From positions 1,049 to 65,048 of the forward strand of contig JAWKXJ010000009.1 in assembly GCA_041397105.1 (NCBI GenBank): a stretch of 64,000 nt of DNA. Direction: 5' to 3'. Source of the stretch: Paracoccaceae bacterium. Lineage in GTDB: Bacteria; Pseudomonadota; Alphaproteobacteria; Rhodobacterales; Rhodobacteraceae. The notes under the pieces are model-generated. The model worked only from the letters and a program-made list of their open reading frames with translations, ran no database searches and was not told the origin of the DNA. Shown piece after piece: positions 1 through 10,132 of this stretch. Each line of letters begins with the position of its first letter. Position 1 is the stretch's first letter. Made by a program: the position numbers and the translations under genes.

Positions 1-452
1 TCGTAAAGCGCGGAATGAAAGATCCCTGACCGCGCCCGCATCAGGTCTTCAACCGTCGCCATCCGCTCGGCAGGGCTGAGCGGTGGGTCGCTGTCGTCGA
101 TGCCAAGCGCTTCAAGCGTAGTCTCCCGCTTCAGCCGCCCTTCAGCGATCAGCCCGCCGAGAAGCGCGTTCAGAAGCGCCTTGCGAAGGGACTGCGCCGT
201 GAAGCGCGTGTCGGTGTCGCCCCACCAGACGACCGGCCGCCCGCGATGGATGGCGACGAGCGCGGCCGAAGGTTCGGCCCGGAATAGTGCCTCGGCCTTC
301 GCCAGACCCTCTATGTCCCAGCCGGCCTCCTCCGGCGCGGGCACAGCCCAGTCCGCGCCGGGAAAGAGGTCGACCCGCCCGCAACCCGCGCCCTGGGCCA
401 GGGCGGTAACCGGCCAGATCGCCAGAACGAGGACAAGAAGATTGGTGCGCAT
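1..452 (-). CDS. serine hydrolase / beta-lactamase-family protein, N-terminal part (3' end lies beyond window start)
   Basis: Own translation of the minus strand from ATG (450-452) gives MRTNLLVLVLAIWPVTALAQG..., a signal-peptide-like N-terminus. It continues to ...TRFTAQSLRKALLN, which contains an S-x-x-K motif. The frame is open to position 1. It is absent from the ORF track because it is open-ended. Confidence 0.45.
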   Translation of the reverse strand, partial: MRTNLLVLVLAIWPVTALAQGAGCGRVDLFPGADWAVPAPEEAGWDIEGLAKAEALFRAEPSAALVAIHRGRPVVWWGDTDTRFTAQSLRKALLNALLGGLIAEGRLKRETTLEALGIDDSDPPLSPAERMATVEDLMRARSGIFHSALY

Positions 453-514
453 GACGGCCTCCGCTGGGTGACGGGGCGAAACATGCCGATGGTTCACTCC
501 GGCGCAATGGCCGG

Positions 515-1552
515 TCAGCGGCTTTCTTGTCCAGATTGCACTGGCTGGACAGGTTCACCCGACGCCCGATAGGCCGCCGGCGTGACGCCATAGCAGCGTG
601 TGAACGCCTGATAGAATGCTGCGCGCGATCCGAACCCGGCCAGAAGTGCGATCGCCTCCACCGAACTGCGCCGCTCCGCAGGATCGCGCAGAAGCGTCCG
701 GGCCGTTTCGAGCCGTGCCGCCGTGGCGAATTCGGCAAACGTCTGTCCGGTCCCCGACCGAAGGGCCGCCGACAGGTCCTGCGGGGTGATGCCGAGCCGG
801 GCGGCGGCGCCAGCGAGGGTGGCATCGCGGCTGCGGAAATAGCCATCTGCCGCGGCACGCCGCAACCGATCGAGCATGGCAACAGTGTTCTCGGGCGGAG
901 TGCCCAACGGTTCATTGAAGAGGTCGAAGGCAGTGCGACGCCGGTCGAGAAGGGTAACGAGCGTCAGCACGAAGAAGGTCGCGACAAGCAGAATCGGAAT
1001 TGCATCCCTGAGGGCCGCGACATCGGCAAATCCCGCCCGCATGGCTTGCACGGCATGTACGCAGCCAGCGCCCGCCACCAGAGCTAGCGCGGCCCGGCGC
1101 CGACGTCGGTGAAACAGGCCGCCACGCGGCGCGGCGACGGCCTGGGCGAGCGCGCAGAGCGTAAAGGCCGCCTGCACTGCGACCATCCGTTCCGCACCCA
1201 GCGGCGTCGCCAGCACGGGCATTCGCGTCGCGGCAAGAAGATGGATGACGGGCAGTGCCAGTAACAGCAAGTCCTTCGGCCCGCTCCAGCCCAGGAGACG
1301 GCGAACGGAAAGCAGCAGGAGCGGCCCGGCCAGAACCGTCAGCGCACCCTCGGCGAGATCCGCATTGAATCCTGAAGGCAAGAGCTGCGCGTGGCTGGAC
1401 GCGATGAGAAACGCCACCACCGCCGCGACGATGGCAAGCCCCCCGGTGAACAGGGCGGCACCGGCGCCCTGCCTCAAACCGCGCAGCACGAGCGCGAGGC
1501 CAAAGACCGCGCCGTTCGCAGTGGCTCCTATGCTGAGAAGGGACAGGAACAT
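515..1552 (-). CDS. AraC-family transcriptional regulator with hydrophobic (membrane) N-terminal domain
   Basis: 345-aa ORF. The C-terminus, LGITPQDLSAALRSGTGQTFAEFATAARLETARTLLRD...GFGSRAAFYQAFTRCYGVTPAAYR, is a typical AraC double HTH. The N-terminal ~200 aa is strongly hydrophobic. Confidence 0.8.
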   Translation of the reverse strand: MFLSLLSIGATANGAVFGLALVLRGLRQGAGAALFTGGLAIVAAVVAFLIASSHAQLLPSGFNADLAEGALTVLAGPLLLLSVRRLLGWSGPKDLLLLALPVIHLLAATRMPVLATPLGAERMVAVQAAFTLCALAQAVAAPRGGLFHRRRRRAALALVAGAGCVHAVQAMRAGFADVAALRDAIPILLVATFFVLTLVTLLDRRRTAFDLFNEPLGTPPENTVAMLDRLRRAAADGYFRSRDATLAGAAARLGITPQDLSAALRSGTGQTFAEFATAARLETARTLLRDPAERRSSVEAIALLAGFGSRAAFYQAFTRCYGVTPAAYRASGEPVQPVQSGQESR

Positions 1553-1806
1553 GCAAGATTATCGCCGATGCGGATAGGGCGAGCAAGGGTCGGCCTGCGC
1601 CTCAGGCCCATCGGCAAAGGTGGCACTGCATTCGCGCCTGGTCGGCGCTTTCCGGGGCATCCTCTTTGCCAAATGAGGCACCCTACCCCATTGCATGTGC
1701 GTCAAGTCGAGCGCCATCTGCAAGACCGCGCGCTGCGCCTGATCTATCACCAAGCGACCGCTAACCGTCGGCCGGAGGGCAGTTTTCTGATGTCTGGCCG
1801 GGAAAA

Positions 1807-1881
1807 TGGTGCTGCGAGAGAGGATTGAACTCTCGACCTCACCCTTACCAAGGGTGTGCTCTACCACTGAGCTACCGCAGC
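1807..1881 (-). tRNA. tRNA-Thr (anticodon GGU)
   Basis: The reverse complement GCTGCGGTAGCTCAGTGGTAGAGCACACCCTTGGTAAGGGTGAGGTCGAGAGTTCAATCCTCTCTCGCAGCACCA folds as a cloverleaf. It has a 7-bp acceptor stem, a TTCAATC T-loop, anticodon loop TTGGTAA and an encoded CCA. Confidence 0.9.
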
Positions 1882-1971
1882 CCGTTTGCGTGGGCCGCGT
1901 GTTAGACGCAAATCCGCACTCGCGCAAGGGCAATATGGACCCGCCCGGCCAACCGCGTTAGAGAGAGCGGC

Positions 1972-2136
1972 ATGGCTGAGAAACGCAAGGAAACACGCGG
2001 GGCGGGCGACGGCGCGGGGCGGCAGGACCGGCTGAAGGCGGCGCTGAAGGCGAACCTGCAGAAGCGCAAGGAACAGGCCCGCCGGCGCAAGGCGGCCGCA
2101 ACCGGTCCGGCAACGGACGACAACCAGAAAAGCTGA
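1972..2136 (+). CDS. small basic conserved protein (DUF4169-like)
   Basis: 54-aa ORF below the track cutoff: MAEKRKETRGAGDGAGRQDRLKAALKANLQKRKEQARRRKAAATGPATDDNQKS. A lysine/arginine-rich small protein in this position upstream of murA is common in alphaproteobacteria (from memory). Confidence 0.45.
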   Translation: MAEKRKETRGAGDGAGRQDRLKAALKANLQKRKEQARRRKAAATGPATDDNQKS

Positions 2137-2145
2137 GGCAGGCGA

Positions 2146-3414
2146 ATGGATTCGATCATCGTAAAGGGCGGCGGCGCGCTCAAAGGCCAGATACCCATCG
2201 CGGGGGCCAAGAACGCCTGCCTGACGCTGATGCCGGCGACGCTGCTGAGTGAAGAGCCGCTGACGCTGACAAACGCGCCGCGTCTGTCGGACATCAAGAC
2301 TATGACGCTTCTTCTGCAGTCGCTCGGCGCCGAGGTCACGTCTATGCAGGATGGCCGGGTGCTGGCGCTGTCCAGCCACGATCTGACGAGCCACCGGGCC
2401 GACTACGACATCGTCCGCAAGATGAGGGCCTCGAACCTCGTGCTCGGGCCTCTGCTGGCGCGGGCGGGGCATGCCGTCGTCTCGCTGCCGGGGGGCTGCG
2501 CCATCGGGGCGCGGCCGATGGACCTGCATATCGCGGGGCTGGAGGCACTGGGCGCGACCATCGAGCTGAAGGACGGCTATCTGCACGCCAAGGCTGCTGG
2601 CGGGTTGAAGGGCGCGGTGATCGAACAGCGCTTCGCCTCGGTCGGCGCGACGGAGAATATCGTGATGGCCGCCACCTTGGCGCGGGGCACGACGGTTCTG
2701 AAGAACGCCGCGCGAGAACCCGAAATCGTCGATCTGGTGAAGTGCCTGCGCGCGATGGGCGCCCATATCGACGGCGAGGGGACGGACCGGATCGAGATCG
2801 AAGGCGTTGACCGCCTGAACGGCGCGACCCATTCCGTCGTCGCCGACCGGATCGAGCTTGGCACCTACATGATCGCCCCGGCCATTGCCGGTGGCGAGGT
2901 GGAGCTTGTCGGCGGCAATCGCGCGCTGCTGCCGGGGTTCTGTGACAAGCTGGAAGAGGCTGGCGTCGCCATCACCGAGACGAGTTCCGGCCTGAAGGTC
3001 GCCCGCGCCAATGGCCGCGTTCATGCGGTCGATGTGAAGACCGAAGTCTTCCCCGGCTTTCCGACGGACCTGCAAGCCCAGATGATGGCGCTGATGTGTA
3101 CCGCCGACGGCACCAGCATCCTCGAAGAAACGATCTTCGAGAACCGCTTCATGCACGCACCCGAACTGATGCGGATGGGGGCCATTATCGACGTTCATGG
3201 CGGCCATGCGACCGTGACCGGGGTCGAGCGGCTGAAAGGCGCGCGCGTGATGGCCACTGACCTGCGCGCCAGTGTCTCTCTCATCCTCGCGGGTCTTGCG
3301 GCCGAAGGTGAGACGACCGTCAGCCGCGTCTATCACCTTGATCGCGGCTATGAACGTGTGGAAGACAAGCTTTCCGCCTGCGGCGCGCAGATCGAGCGCA
3401 TCCGGGCGGAATGA
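2146..3414 (+). CDS. murA: UDP-N-acetylglucosamine 1-carboxyvinyltransferase
   Basis: 422-aa ORF. It starts [26 protein letters not shown], contains [15 protein letters not shown] and ends [24 protein letters not shown], which is full-length MurA architecture. Confidence 0.95.
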   Translation: MDSIIVKGGGALKGQIPIAGAKNACLTLMPATLLSEEPLTLTNAPRLSDIKTMTLLLQSLGAEVTSMQDGRVLALSSHDLTSHRADYDIVRKMRASNLVLGPLLARAGHAVVSLPGGCAIGARPMDLHIAGLEALGATIELKDGYLHAKAAGGLKGAVIEQRFASVGATENIVMAATLARGTTVLKNAAREPEIVDLVKCLRAMGAHIDGEGTDRIEIEGVDRLNGATHSVVADRIELGTYMIAPAIAGGEVELVGGNRALLPGFCDKLEEAGVAITETSSGLKVARANGRVHAVDVKTEVFPGFPTDLQAQMMALMCTADGTSILEETIFENRFMHAPELMRMGAIIDVHGGHATVTGVERLKGARVMATDLRASVSLILAGLAAEGETTVSRVYHLDRGYERVEDKLSACGAQIERIRAE

Positions 3415-3424
3415 AAGGGCAGCC

Positions 3425-3904
3425 ATGACGGAAGACGCGCGATTTGAGGACGGGGCAGAGTGGCCGCTGCACCTGAAGGCCGAAACGCCCGAGGATCTGA
3501 CTGTCGTCTCGGCACTGGTGCAGGATTCCGTGCTGACGGCGGCCGACATGAGGTGGGAGCCGAAGGCACGCCGGCTGTCTTTCCTTCTGAACCGCTTTCG
3601 CTGGGAGGATCACTCAGGCGACAAGCCGGGGCGACATGGGCCGGAACGGGTCCGGTCGCTGCTGATTATCGGCGATGTCGGAAAGGTGTCGTCACAGGGC
3701 ATCGACAGGAACGACCCCGACACGGTTCTGTCCATCCTCGCCCTGAACTGGCAGGCAGGTGCCGACTGCGCGGGCCGGGTCGAGCTGATCCTGGCCGGGG
3801 ACGGGGCCATCGCGGCGGAAGTCGAATGTCTGGAAATCACCTTGAAGGACGTGACACGGCCCTATGCGGCGCCGTCGCGGAAAATGCCCGCACATCCGGA
3901 ATGA
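3425..3904 (+). CDS. DUF2948 family protein
   Basis: The internal ATG at 3425 gives MTEDARFEDGAEWPLHLKAETPEDLTVVSALVQDSVLTAADMRWEPKARRLSFLLNRFRWED. A conserved alphaproteobacterial protein sits between murA and hisD. Confidence 0.7.
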   Translation: MTEDARFEDGAEWPLHLKAETPEDLTVVSALVQDSVLTAADMRWEPKARRLSFLLNRFRWEDHSGDKPGRHGPERVRSLLIIGDVGKVSSQGIDRNDPDTVLSILALNWQAGADCAGRVELILAGDGAIAAEVECLEITLKDVTRPYAAPSRKMPAHPE

Positions 3905-4398
3905 CCGTCCGGCTGATCGCGACCGCCGATGTGCACCACTGGCGCGACATCCGGCTGGAGGCTTTGCGGACCGAACCGCAGGCCTTTTCGACGCGGCATG
4001 AGGACTGGGCAGATCGGCCCCTGGCCGACTTCGCTGCCCGGTTCGCGACAAGCCATATCTTCCTGGCCTTCGATGGCGCGCGGCCTGCCGGTTCCGTCTC
4101 GTGGCACGCAGACCCCGATGTTCCCGGTCGTGGCTGGATTACCAGTGTTTTCGTGACGCCATCTGCCCGTGGCAAAGGCATCGGGCGAGACTTGATCTCA
4201 GCCGCGCTCGAACATGCCGGTGCGGCCGGCATTGCCGACATGTACTTGGAAGTGGGGGCCTCCAACACGTCCGCACAGGCGCTTTACCGCGTCGCCGGCT
4301 TTGCGCCTTTTGTCGGCCCTGACCGGCCCTCCGCGTCCTGCGGCGTCTGCGAGTTGACAATGCATCTAAGTCTGGTTGGCAAGGATCGCGGTGCTTGA
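3901..4398 (+). CDS. GNAT family N-acetyltransferase
   Basis: Its ATG overlaps the upstream stop (ATGA at 3901-3904). The acetyl-CoA motif VFVTPSARGKGIGRDLISAAL...ALYRVAGF is present. Confidence 0.8.
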   Translation: MTVRLIATADVHHWRDIRLEALRTEPQAFSTRHEDWADRPLADFAARFATSHIFLAFDGARPAGSVSWHADPDVPGRGWITSVFVTPSARGKGIGRDLISAALEHAGAAGIADMYLEVGASNTSAQALYRVAGFAPFVGPDRPSASCGVCELTMHLSLVGKDRGA

Positions 4399-4447
4399 GG
4401 CCGCGCAGCCCTCTCTGTAAGGGATGTCGCGACAAAGGAGTGCCCCG

Positions 4448-5761
4448 ATGCCCGTCTTCCTGACCACCACCGAACCGGACTTCGACCTTCGCTTTGCGAC
4501 GCTTCTGGCCGCAAAACGGGAGGATGCCCCCGATGTAGACGCGGCGGTTGGTGCGATTATTGCCGATGTGCGCGGCAGGGGCGACGAGGCGCTGATCGAG
4601 CTTACCGCGAAATTTGACCGGCTGCGCCTGACGCCGGAAACGCTCGCCTTCTCGGACGCCGAAATCGAGGCCGAATGCGCGAAGGTGCCAGCGGCCGAAA
4701 AGGATGCTCTCAGCCTGGCCGCCGACCGGATTCGCGCCTATCACGAACGTCAGATGCCGGAAGATCAGCGCTGGACGGACGCGGCGGGGGCCGAACTTGG
4801 CTGGCGCTGGGGCCCGGTCTCGTCCGCGGGCCTTTATGTCCCGGGCGGCCTTGCCTCCTATCCGTCCTCGGTCCTGATGAACGCCATCCCCGCCAAGGTC
4901 GCCGGGGTCGCGCGGCTCGTCATCGCCTGCCCGACGCCGGACGGCACGGTCAATCCGCTGGTGCTGATGGCCGCGCGGCTTGCTGGCGTTGACACTGTCT
5001 ACCGCGTCGGCGGCGCGCAGGCGATTGCCGCCCTGGCCTATGGCACCAAGACCATCGCGCCGGTCGACAAGATCACCGGCCCGGGCAACGCCTATGTCGC
5101 GGCGGCCAAGCGCCGCGTTTTTGGCAAGGTCGGTATCGACATGATCGCCGGACCGTCGGAGATACTCGTGATCGCAGACAAGGACAATGACCCGGACTGG
5201 ATCGCGCTCGACCTCCTTTCTCAGGCGGAACACGACGAAAGCGCCCAGTCGATCCTTGTCACCGACGATGCGTGCTTTGCCAGGGCGGTCACGAAAGCGG
5301 TCGAAGAGCGTCTTGAAACGCTCGAACGCCGGGCAATCGCTGCGGCGAGCTGGCGGGACTACGGCGCGGTCATCGTGACCCGCGATCTGGCCGAGGCCGC
5401 GACACTGTCCAACCGGGTTGCCCCCGAACATCTCGAACTCTGCGTCGCGGACCCCGATGCGCTGGCGGCTGAGATCACGCATGCCGGCGCGATCTTTCTC
5501 GGATGCTGGACACCCGAGGCCATCGGCGATTATGTGGGCGGGCCGAACCATGTGCTGCCCACAGCGCGTTCCGCCCGGTTTTCAAGTGGACTTTCCGTGA
5601 TGGATTTTCTCAAGCGTACGACTCTGGCCCGGATGACACCGGCCGCCCTTGCCGCCATCGGCCCTGCTGCCGAACGGCTGGCCCGGTCCGAAAGCCTTCA
5701 GGCCCACGGTCTTTCCGTCCGCGCCCGGCTTGATCGCCTGAACCGGGAGGCTGAGGGATGA
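4448..5761 (+). CDS. hisD: histidinol dehydrogenase
   Basis: Matches HisD over its full length (ELTAKFD, PGNAYVAAAKR, SQAEHDE, APEHLEL, GPNHVLPT). The start at 4448 is preferred because an AGGAG lies 7 nt upstream. The track ORF begins at 4424. Confidence 0.93.
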   Translation: MPVFLTTTEPDFDLRFATLLAAKREDAPDVDAAVGAIIADVRGRGDEALIELTAKFDRLRLTPETLAFSDAEIEAECAKVPAAEKDALSLAADRIRAYHERQMPEDQRWTDAAGAELGWRWGPVSSAGLYVPGGLASYPSSVLMNAIPAKVAGVARLVIACPTPDGTVNPLVLMAARLAGVDTVYRVGGAQAIAALAYGTKTIAPVDKITGPGNAYVAAAKRRVFGKVGIDMIAGPSEILVIADKDNDPDWIALDLLSQAEHDESAQSILVTDDACFARAVTKAVEERLETLERRAIAAASWRDYGAVIVTRDLAEAATLSNRVAPEHLELCVADPDALAAEITHAGAIFLGCWTPEAIGDYVGGPNHVLPTARSARFSSGLSVMDFLKRTTLARMTPAALAAIGPAAERLARSESLQAHGLSVRARLDRLNREAEG

Positions 5762-6237
5762 GCCGTATCTGCCATATCGAGATCGACGACAGCGGCCTGC
5801 CTGCCCCTACCGCCGAAGTCGAACAGGAACGCAAGGTAGCGATCTTCGACCTTCTGGAGGACAACAGTTTCGCCATTCCCGGCCGCAACGGCGCCGATGC
5901 GCCCGAAGGACCGTTCCGGCTGGCGCTGTCCATTCGTGAAAAGCGCCTCGTCTTCGACCTCGAAGCCGAAAGCCACGAAAAGCTCGCAGAATTCCACCTG
6001 TCGCTCGGCCCGTTCCGGCAGGTCGTGAAAGACTACTTCCAGATCTGTGAGAGCTATTTCGACGCGGTCAAGCGCCTGCCACCCAGCCAGATCGAGGCCA
6101 TCGACATGGCCCGGCGCGGCATCCACAATGAAGGCGCACGTGTGTTGCAGGAACGCCTTGAAGGCAAGGCGGAACTCGATATCGACACCGCGCGGCGCCT
6201 TTTCACCCTTATCTGCGTTCTGCATTTCGGAGGGTGA
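5758..6237 (+). CDS. UPF0262 family protein
   Basis: 159 aa: ICHIEIDDSGLPAPTAEVEQERKVAIFDLLEDNSF... The start overlaps the hisD stop (ATGA). Confidence 0.8.
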   Translation: MSRICHIEIDDSGLPAPTAEVEQERKVAIFDLLEDNSFAIPGRNGADAPEGPFRLALSIREKRLVFDLEAESHEKLAEFHLSLGPFRQVVKDYFQICESYFDAVKRLPPSQIEAIDMARRGIHNEGARVLQERLEGKAELDIDTARRLFTLICVLHFGG

Positions 6238-6698
6238 CCTTGCCGCGGTCGCTGCCTCAGTCGGTCCTCTTCTGCTGCGATCACAACGCCATTCGTTCGC
6301 CAATGGCCGAAGGGCTGATGAAGAAGCTTTACGGCCATGCCTGTTATGTCCAGTCGGCCGGTGTCCACAACGACCTTGAAATCGACGGCTTCGCCGTCGC
6401 CGTCTGCAAGGAAATCGGCATCGAGCTGTCGCGGCACCGGTCGCGCAGTTTTGAAGAGATGCAGCAATGGGGCGATGACCTGTCGGGGTTCGATCTCGTC
6501 GTTTCACTGTCACCGGCCAGTCAGAGGCAGGCGCTTGAATTCACCCGGTTCTTTCACCTCGATGTGGAATACTGGCCGATCATGGACCCTACGGGCATCG
6601 CCGAGGGCCGAGAGGCCAAGTTGAATGCCTATCGCCAGACGCGCGACCAGATCAGGGCGCGCATGATCGAGCGTTTCGGGCCGCCGATCGCCGCCTAG
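6234..6698 (+). CDS. low-molecular-weight protein-tyrosine phosphatase / arsenate reductase-like
   Basis: Active-site loop VLFCCDHNAIRSPMAEG (C-x5-R-S). A GTG start overlaps the upstream stop. Confidence 0.8.
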   Translation: MTLPRSLPQSVLFCCDHNAIRSPMAEGLMKKLYGHACYVQSAGVHNDLEIDGFAVAVCKEIGIELSRHRSRSFEEMQQWGDDLSGFDLVVSLSPASQRQALEFTRFFHLDVEYWPIMDPTGIAEGREAKLNAYRQTRDQIRARMIERFGPPIAA

Positions 6699-6771
6699 CG
6701 TTGGCACATGGCTAAGGGTACTGGTTTGACAGGGTCCTCCTGCAACGTCCATTCTCGGGCGGCGGACCTAC

Positions 6772-7185
6772 ATGCAAAGGATGCCTGCCATGTCTCTCAG
6801 CCCCGATACGATCAAGGCCTTTGCCGCACGATATGTCGATGCCTGGAACTCGGGCGTTCCTGAACGTGTCGCCGCATGTTTCGCGACGAATGGCGGTATC
6901 GTCATCAACAGGGGCACGCCGTCCGAAGGGCGCGCAGGTGTTACAGCAATGGCGGCAGGATTTTATGGCGACGTCGACGACATGCGCGTGGCCTGCGATG
7001 ACCTTCGGATCGCAGGCGATCACGTCGCCTTCATCTGGACCTTCACCGGACGCCACGCCGAAACCGGCAATGCGCTTGATGTTCAGGGCTGGGAAGAGTG
7101 GGACATGAGCGCTGATTGTCTGATCCAGTCGTCCCGGGGCTGGTACGACGCCGATGACTATGCACGACAGGTCGCCGGGGCCTGA
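6772..7185 (+). CDS. SnoaL-like / NTF2-fold protein
   Basis: 137 aa. FAARYVDAWNSG...DHVAFIWTFTGRH is typical of the SnoaL polyketide-cyclase-like fold. Confidence 0.6.
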   Translation: MQRMPAMSLSPDTIKAFAARYVDAWNSGVPERVAACFATNGGIVINRGTPSEGRAGVTAMAAGFYGDVDDMRVACDDLRIAGDHVAFIWTFTGRHAETGNALDVQGWEEWDMSADCLIQSSRGWYDADDYARQVAGA

Positions 7186-7296
7186 CACCGCAGCGCCGCG
7201 GCAGTAAAATTTTTTTGCACCCCATGCTCTTGCGGGCGACGACGGTGACGCGCTAGCCACGGACTACTCACCGCTCAGTCAGTCAAGGACCAACTC

Positions 7297-7695
7297 ATGA
7301 CCCGCGCCACGATCGAAGCCTACTACGACGCCTTCAACCGGGGCGATCTGGGTGCAATGCTCGACACGCTACACAACGACTTCGCCCATCATGTGAACGA
7401 GGGCCAGACACGGCTTGGCAAGGAAGCCTTCGCCGAGTTCTGCCGGCACATGAGCGAAACCTACAAGGAAGAGCTGACCGATATGGTCATCTTCTCCAAC
7501 GCCGACGGCACCCGTGGCGCGGCCGAATTCACGGTGAACGGCACTTATCTGAAGACCGACCCCGGGTTGCCGGAAGCGCATGGCCAGAAATACATACTGC
7601 CGGCGGGTGGCTTCTTCGACCTCAAGGACGGAAAGATCACGCGGGTGACCACCTATTACAACCTTCAGGACTGGATCCGGCAGGTTTCTGCATGA
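7297..7695 (+). CDS. ketosteroid-isomerase-related / SnoaL-like NTF2-fold protein
   Basis: 132 aa: IEAYYDAFNRGDLGAMLDTLHNDFAHHVNEG...GKITRVTTYYNLQDWIRQV. Confidence 0.65.
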   Translation: MTRATIEAYYDAFNRGDLGAMLDTLHNDFAHHVNEGQTRLGKEAFAEFCRHMSETYKEELTDMVIFSNADGTRGAAEFTVNGTYLKTDPGLPEAHGQKYILPAGGFFDLKDGKITRVTTYYNLQDWIRQVSA

Positions 7696-8279
7696 GCGTC
7701 GACCTCCGCGCCCTGACGGGTGCGGCGCTGGCAGAGGCCCTTGACGATGTCGCACGCCTGCGCATCGCGGTCTTCCGCGACTGGCCATATCTCTACGACG
7801 GCGACGTCGACTACGAACGGCGCTATCTGCAATCCTACCGGGACAGCGCCAATGCCCTGATTGTCGGCGCTTTCGACGGGGCTACGCTAATCGGCGCGGC
7901 CACCGGAACACCGATGGAGGATCATGGCGACGAATTCGCCGCCGCCTTTGCGGCAACATCCTACAGCCCGGGCGACATTTTCTATTGCGCGGAATCGGTG
8001 CTCCTCCCCGCCTATCGCGGGCGTGGCCTCGGCCATGCGTTCTTCGATTTCCGCGAAGATCATGCCCGCCGGATCGGCCGGACCTATGCCGCCTTTTGCG
8101 CGGTCATGCGCCCGGACGACCACCCGCTTTGCCCGCCCGGCCATCGTCCGCTCGACGCTTTCTGGGCAAAGCGGGGATACGCGCCGCTTGCAGGCGCTAT
8201 CGCAACCTATTCCTGGAGGGATCTGGGAGAGGCGGCCGAGACGGAAAAACCCATGCAATTCTGGATCAAGACGCTTTGA
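7692..8279 (+). CDS. GNAT family N-acetyltransferase
   Basis: 195 aa with motif LLPAYRGRGLGHAFFDFRE. ATGA overlap with the upstream gene. Confidence 0.7.
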   Translation: MSVDLRALTGAALAEALDDVARLRIAVFRDWPYLYDGDVDYERRYLQSYRDSANALIVGAFDGATLIGAATGTPMEDHGDEFAAAFAATSYSPGDIFYCAESVLLPAYRGRGLGHAFFDFREDHARRIGRTYAAFCAVMRPDDHPLCPPGHRPLDAFWAKRGYAPLAGAIATYSWRDLGEAAETEKPMQFWIKTL

Positions 8280-8350
8280 GATTGGCCGGAATTTCGGCTA
8301 GCTCTGTCACGACCGCCAAAGCGGCGCACCGTAACAAACCGGGGAAGACC

Positions 8351-9244
8351 ATGAAAATCGCCGCCGCCGCCTATCCGCTCGACTGGTTCGACACCTGGGC
8401 CGACTACGAGGCGAAGCTGACCCGTTGGGTCACCGAGGCGGCCGAGGCCGGGGCCAGCCTTCTCGTCTTTCCCGAGTATGGCGCAATGGAGCTTGCGTCG
8501 CTCGGCGGCAAGGTAGTCGCCGGAGACCTCGAAGGGTCATTGCGCGAGGTCGCCCGGCACAAGCCGGCGTCGGATGCACTTTACACCCGACTCGCCGCCC
8601 GGTTCGGGCTCCATATCCTTTCCGCCTCCGGCCCGGTCTTCGAGATGCCTTTCGCCAATGGCCGCCCGGTCAACCGCGCCACGCTCTTCGGCCCCGAAGG
8701 CCTGATCGGCCATCAGGACAAGGCAATGATGACGCGCTTTGAACGTGAAGGATGGGATGTTGTCGGGGGCGACAGTCTGACCGTCTTCAACACCGCCATC
8801 GGCCGGATGGGTGTGAACATCTGCTATGACAGCGAGTTTCCCCTGCTTGCCCGCGCCCAGGCCGAAGCGGGCGTTGAGATCATCCTCGTCCCATCGGCAA
8901 CGGAGGCCCTGGCGGGTTTCACCCGCGTCCGGGTTGGCGCGATGGCTCGGGCGCTGGAAAACCAATGTATCGCCGTTCATGCCCCCGTTGTCGGCAAGGC
9001 GCCCTGGTGTATGGGGATGGAGGAAAATACCGGCCGCGCCTCGATCTACGGGCCGCCCGACAAGGGCTTTCCCGCAACCGGCATCCTGGCCGAAGGCGCA
9101 ATGGGCGAACCTGGCTGGGTCTATGCCGAGGTGTCGCTCGACGCGGTCGCGGCCGTCCGCGCCGACGGGGGCGTCCTGAACTTCAGCCATTGGGAAGAAC
9201 AGCACCCCCGTGTCGCCAACCTCACCTTTGTCGGCAAAAACTGA
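8351..9244 (+). CDS. carbon-nitrogen hydrolase (nitrilase superfamily) protein
   Basis: From the internal ATG at 8351: MKIAAAAYPLDWF...LLVFPEYG...GVNICYDSEFP...ILVPSATE. This fits the E-K-C catalytic triad context. Confidence 0.85.
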   Translation: MKIAAAAYPLDWFDTWADYEAKLTRWVTEAAEAGASLLVFPEYGAMELASLGGKVVAGDLEGSLREVARHKPASDALYTRLAARFGLHILSASGPVFEMPFANGRPVNRATLFGPEGLIGHQDKAMMTRFEREGWDVVGGDSLTVFNTAIGRMGVNICYDSEFPLLARAQAEAGVEIILVPSATEALAGFTRVRVGAMARALENQCIAVHAPVVGKAPWCMGMEENTGRASIYGPPDKGFPATGILAEGAMGEPGWVYAEVSLDAVAAVRADGGVLNFSHWEEQHPRVANLTFVGKN

Positions 9245-9327
9245 CATAAGCCTTGAAATATGCCGCCATCGGGCGCAATTAGTGCGCGCCCGCGCGATCA
9301 GGCGGGCGGCATGAGAACGGAGTGAAC

Positions 9328-9546
9328 ATGGCCAAGGAAGAAGGTCTCGAATTTCCAGGCGTCGTGAAGGAACTCCTGCCCAATGCGACGTTCAGGGTCG
9401 AGCTGGAAAACGGCCATGAAATCATCGCGACGATGGCAGGCAAGATGCGCAAGAACCGCATCCGGGTTCTTGCCGGCGACAAAGTGCAGGTCACGATGAC
9501 GCCGTATGACCTGTCGAAAGGGCGGATCAATTACCGCTTCAAGTAA
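9328..9546 (+). CDS. infA: translation initiation factor IF-1
   Basis: [72 protein letters not shown], a near-canonical IF-1. Confidence 0.95.
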   Translation: MAKEEGLEFPGVVKELLPNATFRVELENGHEIIATMAGKMRKNRIRVLAGDKVQVTMTPYDLSKGRINYRFK

Positions 9547-9547
9547 G

Positions 9548-10132
9548 GTGCGGCCCCGGCTCATCCTCGGCTCGGCCAGCCCGCGCAGGCGGGAACTTCT
9601 TGCCCAGATCGGGCTCGTGTCGGACGACATCCGCAGCCCCGACATCAACGAAGACCCGCAGAAAGGCGAGCTGCCGCGCCCCTACACGGCCCGGCTTGCC
9701 CGCGAAAAGGCCCTGTCACTGCCTTGCGCGGCGGACGAGGTGCTCCTTTGCGCCGACACGACCGTCGCGCTCGGCCGGCGCATTCTTGGCAAGCCCGCCT
9801 CCGCCGGCGAGGCGGCCGAATTTCTTCTGCTCCTGTCCGGGCGGCGCCACCGGGTCATAACCTCGGTGGCCGTGCGCCGTGGCGACCGGCTCTGGGAACG
9901 CAGCGTCGAAACAGTGGTCAAGGTCAAGTCCCTGTCGGACACTGAGATCAACGCCTATCTCGCCAGCGACGAATGGCAGGGCAAGGCGGGTGGCTATGGC
10001 ATTCAGGGCCGGTTCGGCGCCTTTATTCCCTGGCTTCAGGGGTCCTTTACCGGCGTCGTGGGCCTGCCTGTGGCGGAAACCGCCACGTTGCTTGCGGCAG
10101 CAGGCGTCGATATCTGGGCCAGCGACCGATGA
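9548..10132 (+). CDS. maf: Maf-like nucleoside triphosphate pyrophosphatase
   Basis: The GTG at 9548 gives [23 protein letters not shown]...ADTTV...[10 protein letters not shown]. The track ORF starts at 9506, inside infA. Confidence 0.8.
   Translation: MRPRLILGSASPRRRELLAQIGLVSDDIRSPDINEDPQKGELPRPYTARLAREKALSLPCAADEVLLCADTTVALGRRILGKPASAGEAAEFLLLLSGRRHRVITSVAVRRGDRLWERSVETVVKVKSLSDTEINAYLASDEWQGKAGGYGIQGRFGAFIPWLQGSFTGVVGLPVAETATLLAAAGVDIWASDR

Noticed and set aside
1861-3549. 562-aa minus-strand ORF opposite murA. Similar long antisense ORFs include 4139-5551, 10036-11466, 19597-21198, 33105-34136, 35104-36084, 48312-49796, 49863-50987, 52179-53399 and 62232-63854.
   Set aside because: These are shadow ORFs typical of high-GC DNA. 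Their translations are Arg/Ala/Gly/Pro-rich low-complexity strings. Each lies opposite a gene with clear family motifs.
6725-6771. TTGACA hexamer upstream of the SnoaL-like gene, considered as a sigma-70 -35 box.
   Set aside because: No convincing -10 element lies at the proper spacing. Alphaproteobacterial promoters are poorly predicted from sequence alone.
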